NCBI GenBank assembly: GCA_963789635.1
Contig: CAWBLF010000003.1
Location: 67,388 to 131,387, forward strand
DNA: 64,000 bases
Reading direction: 5' to 3'
Source of the DNA: an uncultured bacterium
GTDB lineage: Bacteria > Patescibacteriota > Minisyncoccia > Phycocordibacterales > Zambryskibacteraceae
The position numbers and the translations under genes are program-made. The notes beneath the pieces were generated by a model. It had not been told where the DNA came from, made no database searches, and was given only the letters and a program-made list of their open reading frames with translations. This document shows, piece by piece, positions 11,228 to 19,817 of the stretch; position 1 is the first letter of the stretch; each line of letters opens with the position of its first letter.

Positions 11228-11356
11228 TTGCGTCGGTGGATAAAATCTGAAGTAGTTCAGCTTTTTATCCGTAGCGAAGCGGAGGTGGCTACCACCAACG
11301 CTATGTGCCGAGTGTAACTAGGGTTGCGACCTAATGTCGCAAAATTGCGTCGGTGG
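11228..11356. mobile_element. Miniature element at tRNA-Tyr 5' end
   Basis: TTGCGTCGGTGG direct repeat at 11228 and 11345; internal CTACCACCAACGC inverted to the tRNA 5' end; internal hairpins. Confidence 0.5.
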
Positions 11357-11429
11357 TAGAGTGGTCAATTACAACAGACTGTAAATCTCTCGGCTTCGGC
11401 CTACGAAGGTTCGAATCCTTCCCGGCGCA
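11347..11429 (+). tRNA. tRNA-Tyr(GTA)
   Basis: GCGTCGG/CCGGCGC acceptor, ACAGA-CT-GTA-AA-TCT anticodon arm, variable arm, GGTTCGAATCC. Confidence 0.93.
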
Positions 11430-11554
11430 CATGCAAACCCCGAAAGGGGTTTTGCTTTGTGCGTCGAGCAAGCAAACTACTTTGCTTGCATGGAAGATTC
11501 GAAAACCTTGAGTATATCGCGTAGCGATAAGAAAGGTGCACAGCTCCTGTCAGG
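11430..11554. mobile_element. Miniature element at tRNA-Tyr 3' end
   Basis: AAACCCC-GAAA-GGGGTTT hairpin, interrupted inverted copy of the tRNA 3' end, and core ACCTTGAGTATATCGC...CGATAAGAAAGGTG that is also present (reverse strand) at 16565-16620. Confidence 0.6.
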
Positions 11555-11587
11555 AGAGAATCTTTGTGAACACCAAAAAGAAGCTTT

Positions 11588-12223
11588 TTAGAACAATTTT
11601 GTTTGGGGCAATTTTTCTTTTTTCTTGTCCTCAACGCGCGGAGGTAAGTTTGACTTGGCAAATTCTTTCAGGAAATCGCCGTTTACAACTTTTGGAAGTT
11701 TTTTAAAATCTTCTCTCAAATCATTGAGGACGGCGGTAGCGCGAAGCGCCGCCGCTGGGTGATAAAGAGGGAATATAGTTTGTCCATTGGCTTTAAAAAC
11801 TTTGCCGTGAGATGAGCTGATTTTGGCAAAAGGCAAAAAGTAGTTCATTGAAAATCTGCCAAGAGGTGCGACAACCTTGGGAGCGATGATTTCAATTTGT
11901 TTTGCCAAATATGGTTTGTAAGCTTCTATTTCATCAGGAGTGGGATCGCGATTTTCCGGAGGTCGGCGTTTTACAATATTGGAAATATAGACGTCTTCAC
12001 GTTTCCACCCAATTTCATTTATTAATTGGTCAAGTAGTTTGCCTGAACGGCCCACAAACGGCCTACCGAGCTCGTCTTCTTTTTGGCCGGGGGCTTCACC
12101 GATAAACAGCACATCGCAATCCGGATTGCCTTCGCCAAACACCAGATTTGCTTCCATTAAAGGCAGACTATGATCATTTAGAATTTCCTTTTTCAAATTC
12201 TCGAGGTCTTCCTTTTTGTTCAT
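11588..12223 (-). CDS. udg: Uracil-DNA glycosylase, family 4
   Basis: VFGEGN..IGEAPG..ED..GRPFVGRSG, RPPENRDP, YHPAAALR. Confidence 0.92.
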   Translation of the reverse strand: MNKKEDLENLKKEILNDHSLPLMEANLVFGEGNPDCDVLFIGEAPGQKEDELGRPFVGRSGKLLDQLINEIGWKREDVYISNIVKRRPPENRDPTPDEIEAYKPYLAKQIEIIAPKVVAPLGRFSMNYFLPFAKISSSHGKVFKANGQTIFPLYHPAAALRATAVLNDLREDFKKLPKVVNGDFLKEFAKSNLPPRVEDKKKEKLPQTKLF

Positions 12224-12291
12224 ATCGGAATTTTACCACAACCCTTACTGGTGTTGCATTTTTCAACTAGTATGATATTCTCTTCTCCACT

Positions 12292-12447
12292 ATGTCACAG
12301 GATAATCTAATATTGCTTCGCAACAAGGAGACCGGAGAGGTCTATTTTAGTCGTAAGAATAAGCGCAAGGTCGAACGCAAAATTGAACTAAAAAAGTACT
12401 CTAAAAAACTTCGCAAACGAGTAGTATTCAAAGAGGCCAAAAAGTAA
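12292..12447 (+). CDS. rpmG: 50S ribosomal protein L33 (Cys-free form); not in the ORF track
   Basis: MSQDNLILLRNKETGEVYFSRKNKRKVERKIELKKYSKKLRKRVVFKEAKK. Confidence 0.92.
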   Translation: MSQDNLILLRNKETGEVYFSRKNKRKVERKIELKKYSKKLRKRVVFKEAKK

Positions 12448-12506
12448 ACAAAAACCGCGTTTTGCGGTTTTTGTTTTTTTGTATTGGAAACATTATACTA
12501 ACTCCC

Positions 12507-13643
12507 ATGTCCAAGATATCTGAGAAACAGCGAACATGGGTGGAGATAGACACCAAAGCTCTTATCCGAAACCTCAAGTATTTGAAGAAAATTCTTTCCG
12601 AAAAAACCGAGCTTTTGTGCGTGGTCAAATCAAACGCATACGGTCACGGTATCGTGGAGATATCACAAACTTTACAAAAAATTGGCGGAGTCCGTCTGGC
12701 AGTGGACTCTTTTGATGAAGCAATTTTACTGCGCAGGCACAATATAAAACTTCCTATTCTTGTTTTTGGCTATACTCCAAAAATTTGGTTTAAAGATGCA
12801 GTCAGGCATTCTATTGAGCTCACCATTTCAAATACAAAATCTTTGAATGAAGCGCTTTTGTTTCGCACCTCGAAACCACTCCGTATTTCCATAAAAGTGG
12901 ATACGGGGTTGCATCGTCAAGGATTTTTGCCGGCAGAAAAGCAAAAAGTGTTGTCTATAATTGGGAGGAAGAATAAGTCGGTTTTGATTACAGGATTGTA
13001 TTCACACTTTGCCATTTCAGAGAGTAAGTCGCACAAAAAATTTACATTAATGCAGATTGAAAGACTAAAGGAGTGGTCTAAAGGTTTTAGGGCTCTGGGT
13101 TTGTCTCCGGACGTCCATATATCCTCAAGCGCCGGCCTTATAGCGTACCCCGAGGCTCATTTTGATGCGGCTAGGGCCGGTATAGCCCTATATGGCTTAT
13201 GGCCTTCCCCAGATATAAAAAATGCTACAAAAAATGGCAATGGTCTGGCACCGGTGCTTTCGTTTAGAACGTTGGTATCGGAAATAAAGGCAGTAAAAAA
13301 AGGTGAAGCGATTGGTTACGATTTGACAGAGACACTAAAAAGAAATTCCACAATTGCCATTTGTCCCGTGGGTTACTGGCATGGATATCCCAGAAGTCTT
13401 TCTCGTGTGGGTGTGACGCTTGTCAACGGCAAGCGGGCGAAAGTGCTCGGCACAATTTCCATGGATATGATGATGATTGATGTTACCGGAGTAAAGAATG
13501 TGAAAGAGGGAACAGTCGTAACACTAATCGGCAAAGATGGAAAGGAATATATGTCCGCTGATGAGGTCGCAGAACGATCCGGCACGATTAATTATGAAAT
13601 AGTAACTAGGATAAATCCTTTTGTAAAAAGGATTTATAGATAG
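12507..13643 (+). CDS. alr: Alanine racemase
   Basis: VVKSNAYGHG (PLP Lys), KVDTGLHRQG, YSHFA, IGY, ISMDMMMID, TINYE. Confidence 0.95.
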   Translation: MSKISEKQRTWVEIDTKALIRNLKYLKKILSEKTELLCVVKSNAYGHGIVEISQTLQKIGGVRLAVDSFDEAILLRRHNIKLPILVFGYTPKIWFKDAVRHSIELTISNTKSLNEALLFRTSKPLRISIKVDTGLHRQGFLPAEKQKVLSIIGRKNKSVLITGLYSHFAISESKSHKKFTLMQIERLKEWSKGFRALGLSPDVHISSSAGLIAYPEAHFDAARAGIALYGLWPSPDIKNATKNGNGLAPVLSFRTLVSEIKAVKKGEAIGYDLTETLKRNSTIAICPVGYWHGYPRSLSRVGVTLVNGKRAKVLGTISMDMMMIDVTGVKNVKEGTVVTLIGKDGKEYMSADEVAERSGTINYEIVTRINPFVKRIYR

Positions 13644-13650
13644 TTTTAGG

Positions 13651-13800
13651 ATTGCGGGCGGTGAAGGAATCGGTCGGACGTCGATTTCTGCTGAAATCGC
13701 GCACGACCCTGCCTCGCGCCACCGCGCTCCGGCTTTCGATTCCTTTCGCACACGCAATGATGTTCCACTCGGAAGTCTCAGCGGTCTTGCGTGATCATTG
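13651..13800. mobile_element. Miniature element at tRNA-Trp 3' end
   Basis: 22-bp direct repeat ATTGCGGGCGGTGAAGGAATCG at 13651 and 13797; core GACCCTGCCTCGCGCCACCGCGCTCCGG; inverted target copy TTCGATTCCTT...CGCAATGAT. Confidence 0.65.
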
Positions 13801-13871
13801 CGGGCGGTGAAGGAATCGAACCCTCGACAGCGGTTTTGGAGACCGCAGTTATGCCACTTAACTAACCGCCC
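13801..13871 (-). tRNA. tRNA-Trp(CCA)
   Basis: Reverse complement GGGCGGT...GCGGT-CT-CCA-AA-ACCGC...GGTTCGATTCC...ACCGCCC-G. Confidence 0.93.
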
Positions 13872-13910
13872 GGAAGTCATATCCTACCAGCTTTTGGGGT
13901 GTCTTTCCAT

Positions 13911-14831
13911 TTACTTGGTCAACACTCGGTGTTGACCAAGTAAGAGAAATTTATTAACCAGGTTATTTATTTGTTTGCTATTGTTTTTAATATTCTGGTC
14001 AAACCACATGATTTTGTCGTTAGCTTTAAACCAGGTCATTTGTCGTTTTGCATACTTTATTATTTCTCCCGTGAGCTGATGGAGCATTTCTTCTTTTGAA
14101 ATTTGATTTCGTAAATATCGTGACACATATCGATATTCCAACCCAAGCGCTTCCATACGTTTCCAAGACAGGCCGTTTTTATGTAGATTGTTAACTTCGG
14201 CAATCATACCCTGGCGGATACGTTTCAAAAGCCTTTTTTTAATGCGTGTTTCTAAATCTTTTGGGTATAGACCAATGTACAAAACATCATAAGGAGTATT
14301 TTTTTTCCACAGCGGTGGAACTTTACCGAGCTTTTTGACAATTTCAATAGACCGAATAATTCTCACCTGATTGTGCTTGTCAATTTTTTTGGCTCTGCTT
14401 GCGTCAATTTTTTTCAGCATTCCAAAAAGCTCAGACGTTGTCCTTTTTTCCAACATCTTACGAAGTTTTGGATTCGGTGGCACCTCAGGCAAAGAAATTT
14501 TATCCAACAGAGTATCTATATAAAGTCCTGTTCCACCGCAAACAAAAGGAATTTTGCTTTTTGACGTTATGGAATTTATCGCTTTTTGCCCAAACTTTTT
14601 GTATTCCGCGACGGAAAATTGTTCTTCGGGATTGATTATGTCGATGAGATGATGAGGAATTCCACGCATTTCACTCTTTGTGATTTTTCCTGTGCCAAGA
14701 TTCATTCCTCGGTAAACTTGTCGTGAGTCGGCAGAAATTATTTCACCATTCCATTTTTGGGAAAGATGAATAGCCAAAGAACTTTTGCCAGAAGCGGTCG
14801 GTCCTAGTATGACAATAATTCTAGGCTTCAT
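13911..14831 (-). CDS. miaA: tRNA dimethylallyltransferase
   Basis: GPTASGKS, ISADSRQVY, GGTGLY, YAKRQMTWF. Confidence 0.96.
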   Translation of the reverse strand: MKPRIIVILGPTASGKSSLAIHLSQKWNGEIISADSRQVYRGMNLGTGKITKSEMRGIPHHLIDIINPEEQFSVAEYKKFGQKAINSITSKSKIPFVCGGTGLYIDTLLDKISLPEVPPNPKLRKMLEKRTTSELFGMLKKIDASRAKKIDKHNQVRIIRSIEIVKKLGKVPPLWKKNTPYDVLYIGLYPKDLETRIKKRLLKRIRQGMIAEVNNLHKNGLSWKRMEALGLEYRYVSRYLRNQISKEEMLHQLTGEIIKYAKRQMTWFKANDKIMWFDQNIKNNSKQINNLVNKFLLLGQHRVLTK

Positions 14832-14882
14832 GCCCGTATTGTATCAATGAAATACAAAAATTAATTTTTAATGCACAGAAAA

Positions 14883-15629
14883 TTATATTGATCCTCCGCT
14901 CGGTATTGAACCACCGCTCTGTATAGAGCCACCACTAGGAATCGATCCGCTCTGTATTGGTTGTGTTGTGGATATAGACCCACCGCTTGGGATAAATCCG
15001 CCCGCGTAAATATATCCGCCAGGAGATGCGGGATTATATGCTCCGGTTGGAAAATATAAATTGTTCCCTAGGCTAATGCTCGTATTGCAGTAGTAGAAAT
15101 AGGTGTAGTAATAACCGCTCGTTGTAAAATGTTTTTGAGGAAATACTGTCACGCTTGAGCAGGTGTTGATTGATCCTCCGGTAGCTATAGAACCTCCCGA
15201 TGGTATTGTGCCACCGCTATTAATAGTGCCACCGTTCGTACCGGTAGTACCACTTGATTGTCCAGTTTGGTTGCTTGAAGTAAATGCTCCAAGAATCTTT
15301 TCCAAAAGGCTTTGCTTTGGTGGTGGCGGGTTTGAAGAAACAACGTAATTGGGACATGCAGGATCCTGGGAATTGATCAATCCATTGCCTGCGTTATCGA
15401 CACTTACAAAACATTTCGGACAATTGGAATCCTGCATATCGGTTTTTCCATTACCGTTGTTGTCTACGCCGTCAAAACACATAGCGTAGAAGTTTGCGGG
15501 GTATGGGTCGGTGTTGCTTGGAAACTCGGCTTTGACAATGGCTATGGGAATAAATAGCATCAAAACAAGCCCGATGGCAAAAGCCGGTTTAATTTGAACG
15601 TTTTGGAGTTTTGATTTAATTGATTTCAT
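14883..15629 (-). CDS. Secreted protein with Cys/Asp metal-binding-like motif and GGSI-type hexapeptide repeats
   Basis: Signal/TM helix, CFDGVDNNGNGKTDMQDSNC, repeated GG(S/T)I(P/Q/N)S. Confidence 0.6.
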   Translation of the reverse strand: MKSIKSKLQNVQIKPAFAIGLVLMLFIPIAIVKAEFPSNTDPYPANFYAMCFDGVDNNGNGKTDMQDSNCPKCFVSVDNAGNGLINSQDPACPNYVVSSNPPPPKQSLLEKILGAFTSSNQTGQSSGTTGTNGGTINSGGTIPSGGSIATGGSINTCSSVTVFPQKHFTTSGYYYTYFYYCNTSISLGNNLYFPTGAYNPASPGGYIYAGGFIPSGGSISTTQPIQSGSIPSGGSIQSGGSIPSGGSI

Positions 15630-15736
15630 GCCTCAGCATAATACCATAGATTAAATAAAAAAGCAAGTAGATAATGATAGATGAGCAATTGTTGGTATTT
15701 ATGGCTCAAATAGGCCATAAAATTGGTAAAAAAGGG

Positions 15737-15772
15737 AGACCGCGCAAGCAAATGAGCTTGCGCGGTCTTTTT
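15737..15772. terminator. Intrinsic terminator hairpin
   Basis: AGACCGCGCAAGC-AAATGA-GCTTGCGCGGTCT followed by T tract. Confidence 0.7.
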
Positions 15773-16398
15773 CAATCATTTATCCAACTTACCTTGGTTA
15801 GGGTGTTGACGGCATCGACTTCTTCCTGAGTCAGCCTCTCTTGTGGCTGAAAGGAATTAAGCAAATCACGATACTTCAGAGCCGAGGATTTCATTTCTGG
15901 TTTGCCGGTCACGGCCCTCATGAATGCCATGATGCTCGTCCTATGTGAGCTGATTAGTTTCAATCCGCTCGGATGTTTGTCATTCAAAAGAGTGGACACT
16001 TCGACCCACTCCAAAGGGCCGTGAAATTCATCTGGATCGTCTTTGTCGATCTTGGAGAAATTTCGTATCTCTCCCTTTTTGATCTCCATAACCACGGAGA
16101 TCTTGGCATGGTATGCGCCTGAATTTTTCTGATCGGAATCGAGCGTCGCGCTTGCCATGCTTCGGATTTCCACCTCGAACTTCATTTTGTCCTTTGCGAC
16201 CTCTTCTTCGGCGCCACGATACGCCGTTTGACTGACGGATTCACCGTGCTTGCCGGTTTCTGCCGGCAGACGAAGAGTCGTATATGCCCTGGGGGAACCG
16301 TAGTGCTTTGTGTAGGGCATAATGGCAAGAAGAATAGTGCCATCGCTCTCAAACTTCGGAATGATGATTTGTACCGTGTAGCTTACAATCGGTTTCAT
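15772..16398 (-). CDS. Hypothetical protein, NUDIX-like
   Basis: LPAETGKHGESVSQTAYRGAEEEV resembles the NUDIX box; GGAGG RBS upstream. Confidence 0.55.
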   Translation of the reverse strand: MKPIVSYTVQIIIPKFESDGTILLAIMPYTKHYGSPRAYTTLRLPAETGKHGESVSQTAYRGAEEEVAKDKMKFEVEIRSMASATLDSDQKNSGAYHAKISVVMEIKKGEIRNFSKIDKDDPDEFHGPLEWVEVSTLLNDKHPSGLKLISSHRTSIMAFMRAVTGKPEMKSSALKYRDLLNSFQPQERLTQEEVDAVNTLTKVSWIND

Positions 16399-16524
16399 TT
16401 GCCCTCCTAAGGCAAAGAGATGAACGTTCTATGATGATTGCCATGAGCAATCATTCTCGCACTATTATATTATATACTTTAACTATTGTCAAATCATCGA
16501 AATGAAGCAATGTTTTTTACAATA

Positions 16525-16547
16525 TGGTGCCGGAGAGAGGACTCGAA
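16525..16547. repeat. 23-bp direct copy of the tRNA-Leu(CAA) 3' end (att-like)
   Basis: TGGTGCCGGAGAGAGGACTCGAA identical to 22079-22101; a partial third copy lies at 21944-21962. Confidence 0.9.
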
Positions 16548-16668
16548 TCTTACAGATTCGGTACACCTTTCTTATCGTACTCCCCGCTAGCGCGTGGTCC
16601 GTGCGATATACTCAAGGTCTTCGAGTCCTCTCACGCAAGTAAAATAATTTACTTGCTTCCGACACGCA

Positions 16669-17062
16669 AAAACCCCTAAAAGGGGTTTTCTTGTGCTGTA
16701 ATTATACACTTTGCGCGAACCTTTTTCGAGCGGAAACTGAACGAATGAATCAGCCCCGCCACCGCCTCGCAGAGCCTCGGCGGACACCAAAGAAAAATGT
16801 TCCTTGCTTTTCGGATTTGCGCGCGACCAATTTCTTCTAAAAAGGAAAGGACATTTTTCTTTGGTGCTCTGCCCTCCAAGTATTCGGGCAGGTGGCGGGA
16901 CTAATGCGGACGAGGTTTTGCGAAAACTTTTTTTTGGGGAAAGGATTTCGCAAAACACTCGGCTAATCTTTTTTGAATTCGGAAGTCGCAAGCGGAGGAG
17001 GAGGGGTTTGGGGAGGAATCCTCCGCTTGCTCCGCTGTTTTCTTTTTGGGGATTTCGGGCGG
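16669..17062. repeat. Left 394-bp inverted-repeat arm
   Basis: Reverse complement of 21547-21940; near-identical over the outer ~250 bp, more diverged inward; rich in internal hairpins. Confidence 0.93.
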
Positions 17063-17079
17063 GCGGTGGACTAGAAATA

Positions 17080-19071
17080 CTAAGGAATAAGTCTTTTGTA
17101 TGTCCTTGGGAAAGGAACGGCGTCTGAAATCATTTCTTTGGCTAGAATTTTAGCAACAAGTCTGTCCAACCCAAGACAAAAACCTCCATGATCTACAGCT
17201 TTGTCTACAATAGAAATATAAAATTCATAATCGCTTATATTGATTCCTGACAATAACATTGATTTTTTAATTTGTGCCCCGTCTGTTTGTCTAATCGCAC
17301 CACTTACAAGCTCCCAGCCATCAACGATAATATCAAAAGTTTCAGTCAATCCACCAGATTTATTTTTTGTATAAAACTTTTTTATCGTATCTGGGTAATC
17401 TTTTATGATAAAAATATCACTAGCATTTCTGCTTTTGATTAACTGACCTAATTTAGCTTCACTCACTAGGCCAAGATCATCGCCCATTGTTACGGGGTTA
17501 CCATTTTCTTGAAGCAGTTTGACTGCTTCACAATATGTCAGCACAGGAATTTTATCAATTTCAGGTAGAACCAAATAGCTTGTAAGACTAAAAGTTTTAA
17601 TCAAATCATCGTTTGTCTTCTTAATTATCTGGCAAGCCAAATAATACAAGTTCTCTAAATTCTTTGGATTTTTCAACTCAATATCTAATCCAATTGATTC
17701 TTGTAGGTGTCGATAGGATTCACTCGTTTCTTTCCTCCAAAAGGGGCCAATTTCATATATCTTCTCCAGACCAGATGCAACAAGAATTTGTTTGTAGATT
17801 TGATTAGATTGTCTCAAAAACGCAGGAGCTCCATTCATCCAATCTACATTTATTGTCCCTCCCTTATCAACTTTTGGTGGGTCGGTAGAAAGGCCTACGA
17901 TATATGGTGTCGTTACCTCTAGAAACTTTTGATCATCCAAATAATTTCTGATAATTTTGTACATTTTACTTCTCTGACTGACCAAATCTAATTTATCCTT
18001 ACCCAGCTTTTTAAAATTACTTTGTCTTTGTTGATTTATATACAGCTTTGCGACATTCCTGTTAATTTGATCAACAATTACACCTAATTTCTTGTCTATA
18101 ATACTTTTTGCTTTACTAATTTCATTTTTTCTTGCCCCAACATTGTTTTCTGCGATTTCTGATAGTTTTTCTATCCCAATAAAGCTACTGACTTTGCCCG
18201 CTAACAATGAGGGCGTTGATAAATCAACAAAGAAAATCCTGTTAAGATCATCAATCTTGTTTAGCAAACCGCCTACAACTCGCTTGGTCTCGGCATTATT
18301 ATCAAGAGCAATAATAATACATGCTATATCTTCCGATGATTTGAAATCTGCAAAAGACGAGTATTGAACACTCGTTTCATTAAGATTTTCTTTTGGAACA
18401 TCAATAATTGTCCTATTGACTATGTGTAGTGGCAAAGCATTTTCTACGTTTAAAATTTTAGCAACAAGCTTTCCGGACTTCCCATAACCAATTAATACAG
18501 ATCTCTTTCCTTCTGGGATATTTTTTACCACAAGCTCACTTGCTATTCTTTCCAAAGAAGTGTTCCCTTCAAAAATACTAGTTTTTAGTTTACATTCATT
18601 GGCAAGCTCATTAAGCCAATCAGCAATGAATACAAAAGGGCTTCCATCTCCGTGTATTCCAGACTTTAATCCTTCAGCCATTTGCGATAAAACCTGAGAA
18701 TCGCCAATTGTAACGCTATGAATTCCGACAGCACATTCGCCTAAAAATTTTATAGCGTTGATCTCATCATAAAATTTTATATCCCTAATCAAACTCATTA
18801 TTCCACCATGTGCATGAGAATCCCAAGTTGATAACATTCTCCCTCTCAGATACTCAAAAGAAAGATCGTCTTGGTAAGAAATTAACAACATAACAGCATT
18901 ACACTTCTTTATCACTGCAATAGAATCAATATTAAGTCCTAGATCATTTTTAAATTGATTTAGAAATTCAGAATCATTTTTTAGATCTGCCAATTGTAAA
19001 TTACTCAGAGCCTTTTCATCAAGTCTTTGATAGTTCAACGCTGCACAAATTATTTTATTAGAGAGTGTCAT
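17080..19071 (-). CDS. Fusion: glutamyl-tRNA reductase (HemA)-like domain + archaeal-type aspartyl-tRNA synthetase catalytic domain (no anticodon-binding domain)
   Basis: N-part: IKKCN (cf. STCNR), AVGIHSVTIGDSQVLSQ (cf. ASGLDSMVLGEPQILGQ), IGYGKSG and IVNRT Rossmann fold. C-part: FLEVTTP, QSNQIYKQ, YEIGPFWRKE..RHLQE, SGAIR, HGGFCLGLDRL, PFPR. Confidence 0.85.
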   Translation of the reverse strand: MTLSNKIICAALNYQRLDEKALSNLQLADLKNDSEFLNQFKNDLGLNIDSIAVIKKCNAVMLLISYQDDLSFEYLRGRMLSTWDSHAHGGIMSLIRDIKFYDEINAIKFLGECAVGIHSVTIGDSQVLSQMAEGLKSGIHGDGSPFVFIADWLNELANECKLKTSIFEGNTSLERIASELVVKNIPEGKRSVLIGYGKSGKLVAKILNVENALPLHIVNRTIIDVPKENLNETSVQYSSFADFKSSEDIACIIIALDNNAETKRVVGGLLNKIDDLNRIFFVDLSTPSLLAGKVSSFIGIEKLSEIAENNVGARKNEISKAKSIIDKKLGVIVDQINRNVAKLYINQQRQSNFKKLGKDKLDLVSQRSKMYKIIRNYLDDQKFLEVTTPYIVGLSTDPPKVDKGGTINVDWMNGAPAFLRQSNQIYKQILVASGLEKIYEIGPFWRKETSESYRHLQESIGLDIELKNPKNLENLYYLACQIIKKTNDDLIKTFSLTSYLVLPEIDKIPVLTYCEAVKLLQENGNPVTMGDDLGLVSEAKLGQLIKSRNASDIFIIKDYPDTIKKFYTKNKSGGLTETFDIIVDGWELVSGAIRQTDGAQIKKSMLLSGINISDYEFYISIVDKAVDHGGFCLGLDRLVAKILAKEMISDAVPFPRTYKRLIP

Positions 19072-19817
19072 ATGTTTTTATGAATAACTTCTACAGTTGC
19101 TTGGTGTAGTGGAGTAACCGTAATCTCATTTATTTGAACATGTTCTGAAAGATTTATTACATATTTAATAATATCAGCAATGTCGTCTCCTGATAATGGC
19201 TTAATCCCTTTGTATACATTTTTAGCTTGTTTAGTATCTCCGCCGAAACGAACATTACTAAAGTTTGTTTCAACTAATCCTGGCTGTATATTTGTTACTC
19301 TAATGTCATTTTCTACTACTTCCTTTCTAAGTCCGTCAGAGATAGATTTTACAGCCGCTTTCGTTGCTGCATATACAATACCTTTGGAATAAGATGAGAT
19401 ACCTGCAATAGAACCAATATTGATAATATGTCCGCTGTTTCTTTCTTTCATACCCTTAAGCGCAAGCTTGGAAACCATAAGCAATCCTTTTATGTTGGTA
19501 TCAATCATCTGATCCCAATCCTTTATACAACCGTCTTCTAGTTTTTCTAATCCTAAAGCAAGACCAGCAGAGTTTATTAATACGTCTGGATAAAGATTGA
19601 GAGATTCTAAATTTTCAAACATTTTAGAAATCTGGGACTGGCTAGTAACATCAACAGCGAAAACATGTACGTCCTTATTGTTGCTTAGCTCTGATTTAAT
19701 ATTTTCTAACCCTGAGAGATTTCTGGAGCACAAAATCAATCTATTTCCGTCAGACAGTTTTTTGACACATGCCAATCCAATACCACTGCTTGCTCCTGTA
19801 ATTAGTATCGTTTTCAT
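19068..19817 (-). CDS. NAD(P)-dependent SDR oxidoreductase, YdfG-like
   Basis: TGASSGIG, NSAGLALG, DWDQMIDTNIKG, NIGSIAG, YAATK, IQPGLVETNFS.VRF.GD. Confidence 0.9.
   Translation of the reverse strand: MKTILITGASSGIGLACVKKLSDGNRLILCSRNLSGLENIKSELSNNKDVHVFAVDVTSQSQISKMFENLESLNLYPDVLINSAGLALGLEKLEDGCIKDWDQMIDTNIKGLLMVSKLALKGMKERNSGHIINIGSIAGISSYSKGIVYAATKAAVKSISDGLRKEVVENDIRVTNIQPGLVETNFSNVRFGGDTKQAKNVYKGIKPLSGDDIADIIKYVINLSEHVQINEITVTPLHQATVEVIHKNI

Noticed and set aside
16587-16991. 134-aa ORF in the left arm and its 178-aa counterpart at 21513-22049
   Set aside because: Both are translations of the inverted-repeat arms and run into different mini-elements. There is no recognisable domain and the DNA is dominated by hairpins. 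Not called as CDS, although the frame being open in both copies means coding cannot be fully excluded.
17080-19071. Annotation as ordinary hemA or as asnS/aspS
   Set aside because: HemA substrate residues are altered and no other hem genes are nearby; the synthetase part lacks the anticodon-binding domain.
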